A DNA stretch of 57,554 bases, the filler included, from Dirinaria sp. TL-2023a (Eukaryota), in assembly GCA_051941275.1 (NCBI GenBank). It is 5 parts of 5 records of this genome, joined end to end, with 100 filler letters (N's around TTAATTAATTAA, not from the genome) between each part and the next. Parts side by side here need not be neighbours in the genome. Positions count along the whole stretch, not along the records: positions 1 to 11,479 come from JAVEBF010000843.1; positions 11,580 to 23,036 come from JAVEBF010000844.1; 3 more parts are not named here. One strand, given 5' to 3'. Below the pieces are notes generated by a model that made no database searches, had not been told where the DNA came from, and saw nothing but the letters and a program-made list of their open reading frames with translations. A program made the position numbers and the translations under genes. Each line of letters starts with the position of its first letter. Position 1 is the first letter of the stretch. Below, one piece after another: positions 1 through 12,039 of the stretch.

Positions 1-1189
1 CCTATATCTATTATCCATTACCTATTACTCTGAGCACTAGCGTTTCCGAGGACTGCCATCTTGCGGAGGCTAACCGTTTTCGTCAACTTATACTTTCCAC
101 ATTCTTGGTGGTGAACCGGTCCACCCGGTCCCGGTTTTACAACATCTAACCACGTCTACGCTTGCTTCGCGATGAAGGGACGATCGCGGCGAATATGAGA
201 ATTATTTGTTGTGTTATGACGTTATCTCATGCTCACAAGTTTCGCGTACCGAGCTTTTCTCGACACAGCTCTGATGGTAAGGTAAGACCGAGGGACTGAT
301 TTCTAAGTGTATGAGGTGCTTCATAGTGGTCAACCTCGGTGAGACAGCAATGACTTCTTGTATACTTGAAAAATTGAGCTCTTCGGCACGTAAGTAAACC
401 CCTGTATTTTTCATTGACTGTACGTGATATATTATATTAGTACTCTCTGAGTATACTGAGACGAGATCATGATCAAATACAATTTTCGGTACTTCTTACG
501 ATCTGTATTGGTCCAACCCCTATTTTTGACGCTGTGACTTTCTGGGCATTTTCCAAGCGATCGCTAATCTGCAGTGGTACGCATTATATGTGAGTGATGT
601 GTAAGTCATCAACGCAAGTGCCACGGAGCTCGCGGGGGCATTTTCATCGAGGTGATCCCGAGGAAACTTGTAAGCGTTATGAGAGGTCTGAAAGCCACAT
701 ACATGGTAAGTCTTACTCCGTACAGTGTAGCTTCTCCGGTTGCTGTCGGGGCCGAGTAGAGCTTCGTAAAGTAGGCTAAGCTGATAGAAAACTCGGCATA
801 GAGTACAATGTTCAAGAGGTGCTGCAGATTCGCATAAAAAGCAGGCATTGGGCCATGTGTTGCAGAACGGATGCTAAATGGATAGTGAAACTTCACTTTT
901 AATGTGTCACTTCCTTGATGCGCCAATCTATCTCGCTTCTACTCGATTCTCTTTGTACTATCTGGACTGAACAGTTTCCAATATTTAGGTTCTATCCGGT
1001 GCTAGATAATTGAGGGGAAAAGACCAAGTGTAATCTCATAATGTACTAAGCCCGTCAGTCTCAAGTCTATGTTATCTGGTAGGCACGAAAGAGCATCCAT
1101 TGTGCTTACCGCCCGTGACGCCTGAACACTGATGTCTGCTTAACGCACCGCGGTCTAACAAACTTAACTCTGAATACACAAAAAGGCTA

Positions 1190-1455
1190 TTCATAGGCCC
1201 TGCATTGATGGTAAAAGGAGTTGAGCACCTTCTATTTCAGTGTACGAGCTTGCTGATTGATAGTAGGCCTCTACAACTGTAAAACCTGGAAAGGTACGAC
1301 TGTGATTTCCGCTATTGAATCTTGTGTAACCAGTCTCCATTATGTACTGAAAATTCAAAGCCACAGAGCTATTGGAGTCCGCACGCTACTCATACCATGA
1401 CCTCTAGCGCTATCGTGTTTAGTGATGGCAAGTCTAGATTGGGTTGTCGTGCCAT
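1190..1455 (-). pseudogene. Possible decayed F-box-like orphan gene fragment
   Basis: ATG at 1455 gives MARQPNLDLPSLNTIALEVM, followed by a GTATGA...TTTCAG intron-like segment. Downstream fragments GLLSISKLVH / EGAQL / FYHQC lie in different frames and loosely resemble the LLxxxKxxHxEAxxxLY motif of fungal F-box-like orphans. Confidence 0.2.
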
Positions 1456-1769
1456 CTTTCTTGATGCTGCGATGACCGAACGTCGGCGCCCATGAAAAAT
1501 GATGGAATCAGGTAGCCATATGTATTGTTAGAGAACTAGAAACGTGAGTGCGTCTCTATGGTTTAACTAGTGCTGGGAAGGTGGCTGAAGCGGCAATAGC
1601 TCTCAAGCTTTCAACATCAAACCTGCAACACTTTCAATAAAAGAAAACTCAATCAAGCTTCTGGAGCTAATCTCTAAAATAAACTCCCTGCGATCTGTGG
1701 TACGATAGGAATTCGAATACCAAGGCTGCGCACCTCTGGGTGCGATTAGTGTGCGGCAAAGACGTAGCG

Positions 1770-3327
1770 CTAGAGATGAGTGATGAGAAAGCCAAGGTTC
1801 ATGAGCGTACTTCCGGCCGCGATCTCAGAGTAAGTCAATCGAATATCTGTGCTTTGCGCCTGAAAAACATGTCAATAAGATTACTTCATTAGGAACTAAT
1901 GGTCGGAAATTTCACCAATGAAATGGCTTTCGGCAGGTATCCTGCCACGCCAATAGCATATAAAGTATCCTGGAAGAATCGACACTGTCTCTCCGTGACT
2001 CCAGGCGCCTTTGAAGCCACATAGACGGGCCACATTAACAGCAAACCCTTCAATGCCTTCAAAGGCGAGTCTGCCTGGTTCAGAGATGACCGCTTCTCAT
2101 CGATTGCACTGCCGAGGCCATGCGATACTGATGTCTCTATGTCATTGATCGCCTCCCGTACTGTGCATGTTAGAGATAGAGACACTTTTGTATCTGTCCA
2201 TCTCTCTCTAGGATGTAGGTAAACCCCGCTTTTGAGCAGAAAAGACGCCGTCACTATCAAAGCCATACGTAGATGGTTTAAGACGAATACGGTATAGGCT
2301 TTAATTTCAAGTTAGCAAACAATTTTTGTCTTCCTGGTCGATGATTGTGGTGGCATACTGTGCATGATACAACTAAGACATTTCGATTGAAGTGCACGAT
2401 ACATGATGAAAAATTTCTTATGAAGTGCCTTGATGCTGACGTGGATTTTTAGCACATCTATCTTTCTGGGACTTCGGGCGCCACAGAAGATGGTATCGAG
2501 TTCAGGCACTAATCGACAAAGCTCGACTTGCAGTTGATAAACTAGTGACGCAGTCCACCTCTCGCTCATCGTAGAGCAGCAGACCGCAACTTGCTCGAGA
2601 GAGCCTGGGATAGCAGTAATTCCTATGAAAGCGCTATGATTGTTGCAGGGACCTGATGAGTGACATTGATTCAATAGTGTGAGCAGTCCGTCAACATGAA
2701 TTTGCCACGTTCTATCATGGGGAGTCGAACTAACAACCATCTACGAAGGAGATGCTTAGCATATAAGATGAACAGTCTAATCAAACTTACCTGGAACAGG
2801 GCGAGTAGGAACACTGCCAGGATCAACGGCCGAGATCCATTTGAAGTGAAAAGCGATTCCCTGGTGCAACGAATCGCCAATCGATATTTACCATGAAGCC
2901 TTCTGTGTTCTTCTATCGTCTGTACTGGCTCGAAGAGCGAAACATAGCTGAGCGCGAACAGATCCAAGACATTCCTCAGTGTGCCGTAATCATTGGACCG
3001 AGCTAAGACAATTTCCAGGCCGTCCAGGAAGCCAAGCGAGAACCGCGGTCCTGTCGAAGAGAGGATAAAGTTCTCTGCGAAGTGTTTAGGCACGCTTCGA
3101 GTCCTCAGAGGAGCAGCAATGGATACGATACGCCTTCCCTCTACTAACATCTGGCTCCCGGTCTGTGGCAAAGGCTGAACATTTTGAGCTTGTGATTGCT
3201 GACGGTACCCCAGGCAAGGTCTTTTGGACTTATTGCAGCGTAAACACTTCGGCCGCGCCTCATCGCACTTGACATGGCGCATTTTGCAGGTCACACAGCC
3301 ACCACTCGGATGACCCGGATTCACCAT
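1770..3327 (-). CDS. Zn(II)2Cys6 fungal transcription factor (about 4 exons)
   Basis: N-terminal CVTCKMRHVKCDEARPKCLRCNKSKRPC (C-x2-C-x6-C-x6-C-x2-C-x6-C). Intron 2790-2741 (GTAAGT...GCTAAG...TAG) joins ORFs 2671-3327 and 2312-2740. WQIHVDG and LLLMWPVYVA motifs are typical of the C-terminal fungal TF domain. The last exon, ending TAG at 1770, is inferred from a TTGAC...CAG acceptor. Confidence 0.9.
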
Positions 3328-4092
3328 GACTCTAGAAATCTTGACTCAATGTGTCGTACTTCCACGCTGATGCTTATTGACTCTAATTTTTCTTATGTAG
3401 TGGATGTGTAGATATCAACTGTAGGTGGAAAGTACGTATATGGGAGCTTTGCACGCGAAGAGGCATGGAAGCCAGCGGTGTTTAGTATATCTGATATGGG
3501 AAGCTTACCAAGAATAGGCTAGCGTTAAATATCCAGCTGTTGCTTGCGCTGATCCTTCACATTCATTTTTTTCTAAGGAAAGACCTTTTGAATTCTGCAA
3601 GTTTGGTCAAATCTTGCGAATCCTCTAGCTTTCAATGGACATTCTCTAATAGCATGAGGCGTGAGATCGACATCGGTGGCTTGCGAGCATACTAGCGCGA
3701 GCTACTCGCTGAGACGGCGAAAGCGATTGGCAGGAGAAAGATTGGCGGGAGCTAGCACGAGCCGTTTGAATCTGACTCTTCTCTAGAAACCAAGTCCACG
3801 TGATCATTCCTGTGTGCCAATCGCATGAGCTTCTTTCCCGAGATCTTGCACGCATGCATCTGAAAGCGCTAGTATATTCGCAAGCACCGGAGATGTACAT
3901 AATCACTTGAATTGAAGCGGATGGTGTACAATGCCGAACCCATCATAGTACTCCGGTTCCTTCTATTAAAGAGCTAACATATTCGCAAAGGAATGAGACT
4001 CGGATACCCAAAATGACGTCGTTGGAAGATGACAGGTACGGGTGTCCCGCCAAGTTTAATCGATGCCAAAGCTATGAGCTGGGAGTGGTATT

Positions 4093-4106
4093 TCACGTGC
4101 TATAAA
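4093..4106 (+). promoter_or_regulatory. E-box (TCACGTG) next to TATAAA upstream of the GST gene
   Basis: TCACGTG at 4093-4099 and TATAAA at 4101-4106, about 90 nt upstream of the GST ATG. A second CACGTGA occurs near 3797. Confidence 0.4.
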
Positions 4107-4197
4107 GGTCACATCTTGCACTCGCTTCTTTGAATGTGAGACTCAGCATTCTTCGAACCTCAGGCTTCTCGCAAAGCACCGAAGCTGAAGTCACCAG

Positions 4198-5038
4198 ATG
4201 AAACCCATCAAAGTCTGGGGACATTGGGGAGCCCCGAATCCATGGTAGAGAATCCCCATTCATATCCAGCATATTTGATATCTTACCAAATTGCATTTCT
4301 AGGAAAGCCTGCATTATACTCAAAGAGCTTCAGATCCCGTATGATTATGTCCTTGTGGAATTCACAGAAGTGAAGCAAGAGCCATATATTGGCATCAATC
4401 CTAATGGCAGACTCCCGACCATTGAGGACCCTAATACAGGCATCAAGCTGTGGGAGGTGTGTCCAAGTACTCGTACAGCAGAGCACACTGTAGATTGTGT
4501 CCGCTAATGCAACCAAGACTGGAGCAATTATACTTTATTTAGTCGACCAGTACGACACCGATGGTAAGCTCTCTTACACGAGCTCTCCAGAAAAATACGA
4601 CTGTCTGAAGTGGTTGATGTTCCAAGTCAGCGGTAAGGCATTTCGAACGAATATTAGGCAGCAGAAGCCGCTGATCAGAGGCCAGGCCAAGGCCCATACT
4701 TCGGACAACTTGCGTGGTTTGCTAGATTCCACAAGCCCACTGTTCCATCAGCCACCGAGAGGTACGCGAACGAGATGGAGCGGATCTTCGGGGTATTGGA
4801 CAGGTCGCTCACGCACCGACAATGGCTGGTCGGGGACAAGTGTACCTATGCAGACTTGAGTTTCGTGACCTGGTCGCATAATGCAAAAGGCCTTGTGCAA
4901 GAGCTTGGAAAGTCGAACATGATGGATAAGTATCCCCATTACACGCGGTGGCTAGATTCTATGGAGTCTCGACCGTCTGTCCAAGAATGTGTGCGGGAGA
5001 TTGTAGCTGGAAGGGCCGCTCACGGCCTTCCGACTTGA
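4198..5038 (+). CDS. Glutathione S-transferase, Ure2p-like class (4 exons)
   Basis: Spliced translation MKPIKVWGHWGAPNPW|KACIILKELQIPY...INPNGRLPTIEDPNTGIKLWE|TGAIILYLVDQYD...WLMFQVSG|QGPYFGQLAWF...WLVGDKCTYADLSF. The NPNGRxP, WE(S/T)GAI and QGPYFGQ signatures and three canonical introns are present. Confidence 0.95.
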
Positions 5039-5469
5039 GGTTGCCGCAGTGCTGACGGACTGTATAGAAGGAAGACTCCTTAAGAAGTCGTGGGAAATTG
5101 AAGAGGTCAGACTTGTATCATGTCGTTTGATCCGAAACAACATGCACTGCAATGTGATATTCGCCCCTTAGATTTGGAGGGGTGAATGTAGCGGGAGCCT
5201 AAAATTACTCAAATTCTTTTTCAGGGACTTAATGCCCATACTTGGCGTGCTAGAATCTTACACGATTCGTGCTGTAGTTTGACGAAGCGTTTCCAATCGC
5301 ATGGCAGCAGGGAGAATTCGGGTCTTTAGGATTTGAGGTTTTGTCTTCAATAATGTTTGCGGTTCTCGAAGTCTCTGCATCGAAATTCGAGGCCGTGCTA
5401 AACAGTTTTGGAGCGCCAAACCCTCACAAAATGAAGTATAACGCTCTCAGAACTTCGTTGATAGCCTTT

Positions 5470-6147
5470 CTAGATTATGAGGTTGCCTGCTAGAACATCT
5501 TGCCGTCGTGGCGCGATGCCCCATAAGGTACCCACGGTCACAGCAAGTACAGCCAATTTACCAACAAAACACACGACTCTGTAGAAGCCCACAAGGCCCT
5601 TCATCGCAAAATCATCCAGCATGATTAGTAGCTCGTGGAGGATATCTCTAGGAGAGGGGAAGATCATGGCGGCGCTCCGTTTGCTTATTAGGTCTCCAGT
5701 GATGATTGTGATACTTATGCTGCCGTAGCTGAAGAGGAGTTTAGTTCTTGACTCAGCTAGATTCGAATCCAAATTCGAAACAAAATTCAAGATTTCCGTG
5801 TAGGCAGCTGACATAGCTGCGATAGCTTCTGGAGAGCTTTGAATGGTTTGCCAGTCGAAGAACTTGGTTACAACGTCGTCAAAAGGTTCGGCCTGGCGAT
5901 CGGCGATAAGATCTCTTGGACGATAAGAAACAAGATCGGTTCGGTTATGATCCAGTAATGACACCGTGGAGATTCTGGGTTCTTGAACGCGATTGCCAGA
6001 ATTTATTGAGGTTATGCTTGGAGCTCCCGTAGATGTCCGAATGCTCAGCAGTAGCGCCAAAATGAGTAAATTATCGAACAGCTTTCGCTTGAAACTGTTC
6101 GAAAAAATGCTCATCATGGTGGATGACTGTGTCTGCGCAAATTGCAT
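5470..6147 (-). CDS. Hypothetical secreted protein (about 215-225 aa, intronless)
   Basis: Uninterrupted ORF with a hydrophobic signal-like segment LLILALLLSIRTSTG|AP, then a predicted alpha/beta domain. The real start may be the Met pair near 6118. Confidence 0.7.
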   Translation of the reverse strand: MQFAQTQSSTMMSIFSNSFKRKLFDNLLILALLLSIRTSTGAPSITSINSGNRVQEPRISTVSLLDHNRTDLVSYRPRDLIADRQAEPFDDVVTKFFDWQTIQSSPEAIAAMSAAYTEILNFVSNLDSNLAESRTKLLFSYGSISITIITGDLISKRSAAMIFPSPRDILHELLIMLDDFAMKGLVGFYRVVCFVGKLAVLAVTVGTLWGIAPRRQDVLAGNLII

Positions 6148-8379
6148 GCAAGAGCTATTGTCGGGCTGAGTCGTACGAATATCGATCGTCAGCTACGCAG
6201 CTCGGCTACGAGGAAGCGGTATCTCGGTTCAGCACACTATGCTGCGCAAGTCGGCAAAATCTCTTGATGCGCAGTTCCTGTTGCGCGATAACCACCCTCT
6301 TTACTTTGCTTTCGTTATCGGGGTGTATTTCAGAATGTAATATTACAAAACTCTTTGATCAAGCGTTAGATATGGGTGTTGATTGATACTGCACCTGTTG
6401 GACAGAATGCACCAAGTCGAGCAAACCCTTTTTAGATTAAGGTTGAGATTGTGTCGATCAAGATCAGCCACGGGTAAAATGCTTCTCCCTTTTTTCCATC
6501 GCTTTTCCAGTTGTCGTTCTGCGCATACCTGCTGAGAGGACTTCGGCTCGTTGTAGTTGTAAGTTTTGCGATATACTTGTTGGACACCAAGTTGACGATC
6601 AGTGAGTATGTTAGAAATGTTCTTGGGATATAGCGACCACTCAGACAGGCATCATGTGAAAAGATTTGAGGATCTTGAGATGACAGTAAGCAGAATTTCG
6701 AGTAATTACAGACTGATGTCTATCTTCTGATAGGTATGAAAGAATGAGCCGTGCTCAACTGACTTCTTCATTCACCTAAAAATTGCTTGAGTTTGTTTTC
6801 TCTAGGTGTTTGCGATCTCTAAATCGCGCAATGACGCTCTGACGTATTTTTTCGAATTATGACTAAGTAAGTCTTGCATGAGCTCGAAACTCCGTCGGTT
6901 GTAGATTGGAGGTTGGATAGCTCGCAGAAAAATTTATCTGACACGGCTGGGACAGGAACAGAAGGGAGGCATCGAAAAAGATTCCTAGCTCTAGTAGAAT
7001 GCGAGCTCTAAGTACCGCAATTGGTCGTTATATAAAACTCGTGAAGCGCTTACGAGATAGGGAGAGTTTTAGAAGTAAAACTATTATTACAATTCTTGCT
7101 GATCACCAGAGTCTTGGCATCCCAATTAGCTCAGCATCAACTGATCATAGCATCTCCGAGCTAACGCTACGATTCGTAGATCATGTCAATGTGGGAGACC
7201 CTTTAGGAGCAGAGCGCTAGCGAAATGTGGAGTTATGTTGCAGCAGGATTAGTTATCCTGTCTCTTCGAGTCGCGGAGCTGATGGCAGCCTCGGTAGAGA
7301 CCACTAGTTGGAGACTGTCTTCATTAATTAGGTTGCGATATGTTCATTCAAGATATCTGTTGTGCCGAAGTATGGTGATGTGATCCGCATCCGGATTAAG
7401 CTGCTAAAGGAGATCTTGATGCTTTGGCTAAGGCGCCATAGGATCGTAAACTAGATTGATGTCATAGCAGAGAACGGCGCATGGATTGAACTTCCATTGT
7501 ATGGCTTAGTATAGGGGGCCGACGAAAAATGTAACTACCTTCATCTTAACGCACAGCTATTAGCTCGGTGACCATATTAGACCTTAAAATATGTGTTCAC
7601 AGTCGCATTTTCCTCCGTGGACCATGTTTACTGATCTCTAGTACAATCTTAATGGCCGTACGTGAGGAATGTAAAGGTGATCACTCTGTGTTAAAATTCA
7701 TATTCAAGTTTCAACCTTTAAGAAAGTTTTCGATATCATTACCAGGCTAAGGTCAAAACGTTTCTTATATCCCCTTTGGCAGCAAGTTTTTATGTCTAGG
7801 TTCATCATGAATCAGACCCCCGGTTTCGATGCTTGTGCGATGACTGTTTTAGAGGGGCGGGTCGCAACGGCCTATTTGACAAAATATCGCCTTATTGATA
7901 GCTTGTCTCGGCTCTTATCACATAGATCTGAGAAGTGTTTCTTTTCTCTTGCAGGATACAATGTAGAGTGGCTATCGGCTTCGGCGCCCACTCATTGCTT
8001 TATTTTTTTTTGTGGGCCTTAGTGGTGAGGGCGAGGTGGGGAGCTTAAAGCTAGTCGGAAGTTTCCCAAACTCAGTGATAGTGGTTGCTCCTGGCTTTGG
8101 TATTAAGTAAGAACTAATAACATTTAATATGAGGGAGTCTGGGATGGATACCCGTGCAATGTCCAAAGTGACACCTTGAGCAAAGCCCCAACGATATAAT
8201 ATTGGGACACTTCATCGCTCCGTTCTTCGGGTGACGAATCTTGTGCCATTAGTAACGTGGAGCTCTTTCGCAGCCGATCTCAGAGAGTCCAGCTGGCATG
8301 CCAGAGGAAGAATGCCTCATGACGATGAATGCTAAGCGTTTCGACGTCCTCGAGGTCTCTTCCGAAATGTTGTTAGACT

Positions 8380-8910
8380 ACTCTTTTTTACTTCGCTGTA
8401 TAAGCAAGCCAGTCGATGGTCCGATGGAATCGCTATTCGAGTAGTAGATGAAGCTGTAGAAGATGACCTCGTGTCGATGCTCAGTTACTCACGCAGCTGG
8501 TAAGTCAAATCGAAATTAATGTGTGTACGAGTGAGAAGATTACTAAGCTCCAGCCTAACCCTAACAAGACTAGTCCGTCGCACCATCATTAAACCATCTG
8601 TTGGGTCGATGACTCGAGGATGACTATCTTACCTCCCGACACACCTATGCTTACTACCGGGCATTTGATACATCGAAACCCGGTTACTCTGTAAGTGAAA
8701 AGACCAACAATGCATAGACCTGTTATCTCTCGCTACTGTCGTGGAACAGTATGACGTGGTTGACAGAGTGACGCTACGAGGGGTCGTCGAGCAGATCCTG
8801 CTCACTATGAGGCACCTGGAAACCCCTTCTTCTTAGCTTTCTTCCGCGTTTGCACAGATCAGCGGCACAGATAGCCTTTTCAAAATCTTCATCAGCATTG
8901 ACCGTATCTG
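8380..8910 (+). pseudogene. Possible degraded multi-exon gene relic
   Basis: Clean intron-like segment GTAAGT...ACTAAG...CAG at 8500-8553 and a second GTAAGT at 8691. Flanking peptide-like fragments (LEDDYLTSRHTYAYYRAFDTSKPGYS; DRVTLRGVVEQILLTMRHLE) are broken by stops and frame changes. No family recognised. Confidence 0.2.
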
Positions 8911-9401
8911 ATCTGAAGATAAAGAAACCCCATTAGGCCTATCATTGACTCGGTTTGACTGCACGTTTACTACTTCGGTTTTCTTTATCGCCCTCTTGGT
9001 CGCATTGCATGAATTCGGCATAAAGGTGGCCATTCAGCGACCAGTGACGCGCTTATCAGTCAGGCAGAGAAGCAACATCACGGTGGGCACCCGATCAAGA
9101 AAGCCCTAGGGTTTCGACTCCCAGTCGAAATATCGTGTACTATCCTTTACTCCTCTGCTACAGCCAGCGGAAATGGACAGTCGATGTCTCCACTTATGTT
9201 TTCGCCCACCACCAGAGTGCAAGCTTGACTGCAAGTATCTGTTAAGGTGATGACCCAGCCCGCAAACACCTTGCTGGTGGGTAAAATCTATTGCTCATTC
9301 GTCGCCGATATCTCATACTGCAGGAAATCACATCTTTCAAATCACACGTCTTAACTATATTAATTCGTAAACCTGCTGTCTCTGAGCGTCAAGCTTCGCG
9401 T

Positions 9402-11479
9402 ATGTCTCTTATGTCCCAGGCTTATACCTCACTCTCCAGCGTCATGGCCATAGTCATCCCTGATACGATGCGTGCATACGCATGGATTGCGTTTCCACTT
9501 GTCGTCGTGCTTTCTGTCTTCTTCAAATACATCTACCGCCTTACGTTCCACCCGCTAGCAAAATTTCCGGGCCCTAGACTCGCAGCGATGACCAACCTTT
9601 ATGGGGCATTTTTTGATCTCTCGCCTAGCAGATCCTATGTAAAGTCATTCCCAGCTCTTCACGATCGATATGGTATACCGTCAAATCATGATCTCGTGAC
9701 ACAAGTATAACAAGCGGCAGGACCTGTCGTTCGACTGTGGCCCAATCAGCTACACATTCGAGACATTGACGTCTATAATCAGTCTGACACCATAACCTCT
9801 ACGTCATACGGCCTTACTTAACAAAGCATTTAGGATCTTCAAAATCGGTTCTAAGTTTGATAAGCATTCACAGTTCTACATCAATCCTTCGTTGGAAGGA
9901 TCCTTTTTCACCGAAAGAAACCGAGACACAGCTCTCTTACGGAGAAGTATGCTTGCGTCTGGCTTTAATCGAGAAGCTGTTCGTCGTGGATCGGATCGCG
10001 TCAAACCAATTCTTGAAAAATTCATCCAAAAGTTGAACCTCTATGCTCAGTCAGGGAAACGCGTGAACCTGACGAGGGGTTCAATGTGCCTCTTCGCAGA
10101 TGGTCTTATGAGTTATGCGTTCCAAAAACCCTACGGTGCTCTTGACGCAGAGGATTTTGAAAGTGAGCTCCTCGTACCGGTCGTTGACTTCGCGAGCATG
10201 ATGCAGTGGCCTGTTTATTTCCCTCGCATGATGGGTTATGCTTTCAAGGCCACCGAAATCTTGCCTGATTGGGTTATTAAGAGGTACTTCAAATCTTGAC
10301 CCAGCAAAGCTTGATACAGGTGAGTGCCATGCACTACTTTGACACAATTAACGGTGCTGCCGAAAGACCTGGTCGAACGATAAATCGGCGACGGAAGCAC
10401 AAATGGTGACTAATTATTGTCTGCTTAGATGTGTCGCGATCAAGTCAACGTGCTTCAGTCCCAGGAAGACCTGAATTCTGTTTTCGACACCACGCTACAC
10501 CCCAACGTAGAGAAGGGGCAATTTACGCCACCGCTCAACGAAATGGCAGCGGATGCTTTTAGCTTTATAAACGCCGGAACTGACACCTCTTCCAATGCGC
10601 TCTCGATTGGAATCTTTGAACTCCTTGATGGGCCGCCACACATGATACAGCGTTTGAAGCGCGAGCTTCTCGAGTCGATACCTGACGAAAATACGATGGT
10701 GGAATGGGCTGTCCTTGAGAAACTCCCATATCTGGTTGTGCTCCATAAATCATTCTCCATCATGAGAAATCAGCTGCTGACAGACTCTCCTCTTTAAGAC
10801 CGCAGTTATCAAAGAAAGCCTTAGGCTGGGTTTTGGCACTCCGGGACGCTTGCCGCGCATCGTGCCCAAGAGCGGAGCCGTCTTCTGCGGGCGCGAAATT
10901 CCCGCCGGTGTAAGTTGGCGAGTCTTTTCACCTGTCTCAAATTCTGTCCGACCAGGCGTGACTGCCATTTCGTGCTAGATATCCCAGCTTAGGGCGATTT
11001 AAAGTCCGTGTCTAAGCGTGTCATGCAGACAGTCGTATCGTCCTCTATATACATGTATAACATGGATCCCGACGTCTTCCCATCTCCAAAGGAGTTTCGA
11101 CCCGAGCGCTAACTAGATGGGGATCCAAGACATGACCAGCATATGTATAGCTTCTCTCGAGGCTCGAGAAGCTGCATAGGTATGAAGTATATACTTCCCC
11201 GCTCTGACCAAGGAACCTTCCAATCTTTCATGCTGCGTATTATTTCTTTGCTGTAACATTAGTAGCTCAATTCTTTTATTCTCGATCTCTTGGTATCCCT
11301 TACAGGCAACTTACTAAGCTAATCCGTCATTTTTGGCTTCCACAGTCTCGCTTATTGCGAACTATACCTTACCTTCGCCCATTTGCTCCGAAGATATGAT
11401 CTGGAGCTTTATGAGACGACTCGGAAGGATATGGAGTGGAAGGACATCTTTGTACCCATCAAAATGGGCCATCTTAAGG
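9402..11479 (+). pseudogene. Cytochrome P450 (Tri4/CYP58/CYP682-like) with an apparent frameshift and a premature stop; 3' end cut by gap
   Basis: Motifs [24 protein letters not shown]-helix AGTDTSS, ESLR (ExxR) and heme loop FSRGSRSCIG (11152-11181), then LAYCELYL in the last exon. In-frame TGA at 10297 precedes the GTGAGT donor at 10320, and the PERW codon reads TAA at 11110-11112. Confidence 0.9.
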
Positions 11480-11579
11480 NNNNNNNNNNNNNNNNNNNNN
11501 NNNNNNNNNNNNNNNNNNNNNNNTTAATTAATTAANNNNNNNNNNNNNNNNNNNNNNNNNNNNNNNNNNNNNNNNNNNN
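11480..11579. other. Artificial contig spacer (44 N + TTAATTAATTAA + 44 N)
   Basis: The identical 100-nt construct occurs four times; the 12-mer gives stops in all six frames. Confidence 0.98.
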
Positions 11580-12039
11580 ATCATAACTTTTGAAGTAAAG
11601 AGGTCATAATGACATTTGGTAACTCGAATAAACCCAATCCAGCTTCGAAAGTATGATAGAAATAACACTTCAATAAGAAGAGAATCATGAAGGGGGAAAG
11701 CAAAATATAAAAATGAAAGAAATGTTCATCTATGCTCTAGTTTTTTCAGCAACGTGACATCAGCGCTTGCGTTTGAGGATGCAGATGTGGACGAACAATA
11801 TTTTATGCCAGGGCTTTTCCCGCACCAGAAGAAGGTAAACGCACCATCTGTCTTCGGTGTTTCCTCTCTTCGCCGATTTAAACGGTGGCCGTGCTGCTGT
11901 TACTCACTCGAAGTAGATCCAATACCGAGCGTATCTGTCGAGGCTGGTTCTAGAAGGTTAGAGAACGAAAGTGATGCCTCTTTCTCGCAAGGAGTATCCC
12001 GGACATCGTATAGGTCATCACAAACTCCGAATTTCACGT

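Noticed and set aside
8554..8565. CCTAACCCTAAC telomere-like motif
   Set aside because: Only two units, internal, and consistent with chance.
11524..11535. TTAATTAATTAA palindrome repeated four times in the window
   Set aside because: Always centred in exactly 88 Ns; a six-frame-stop linker added during contig concatenation, not biology.
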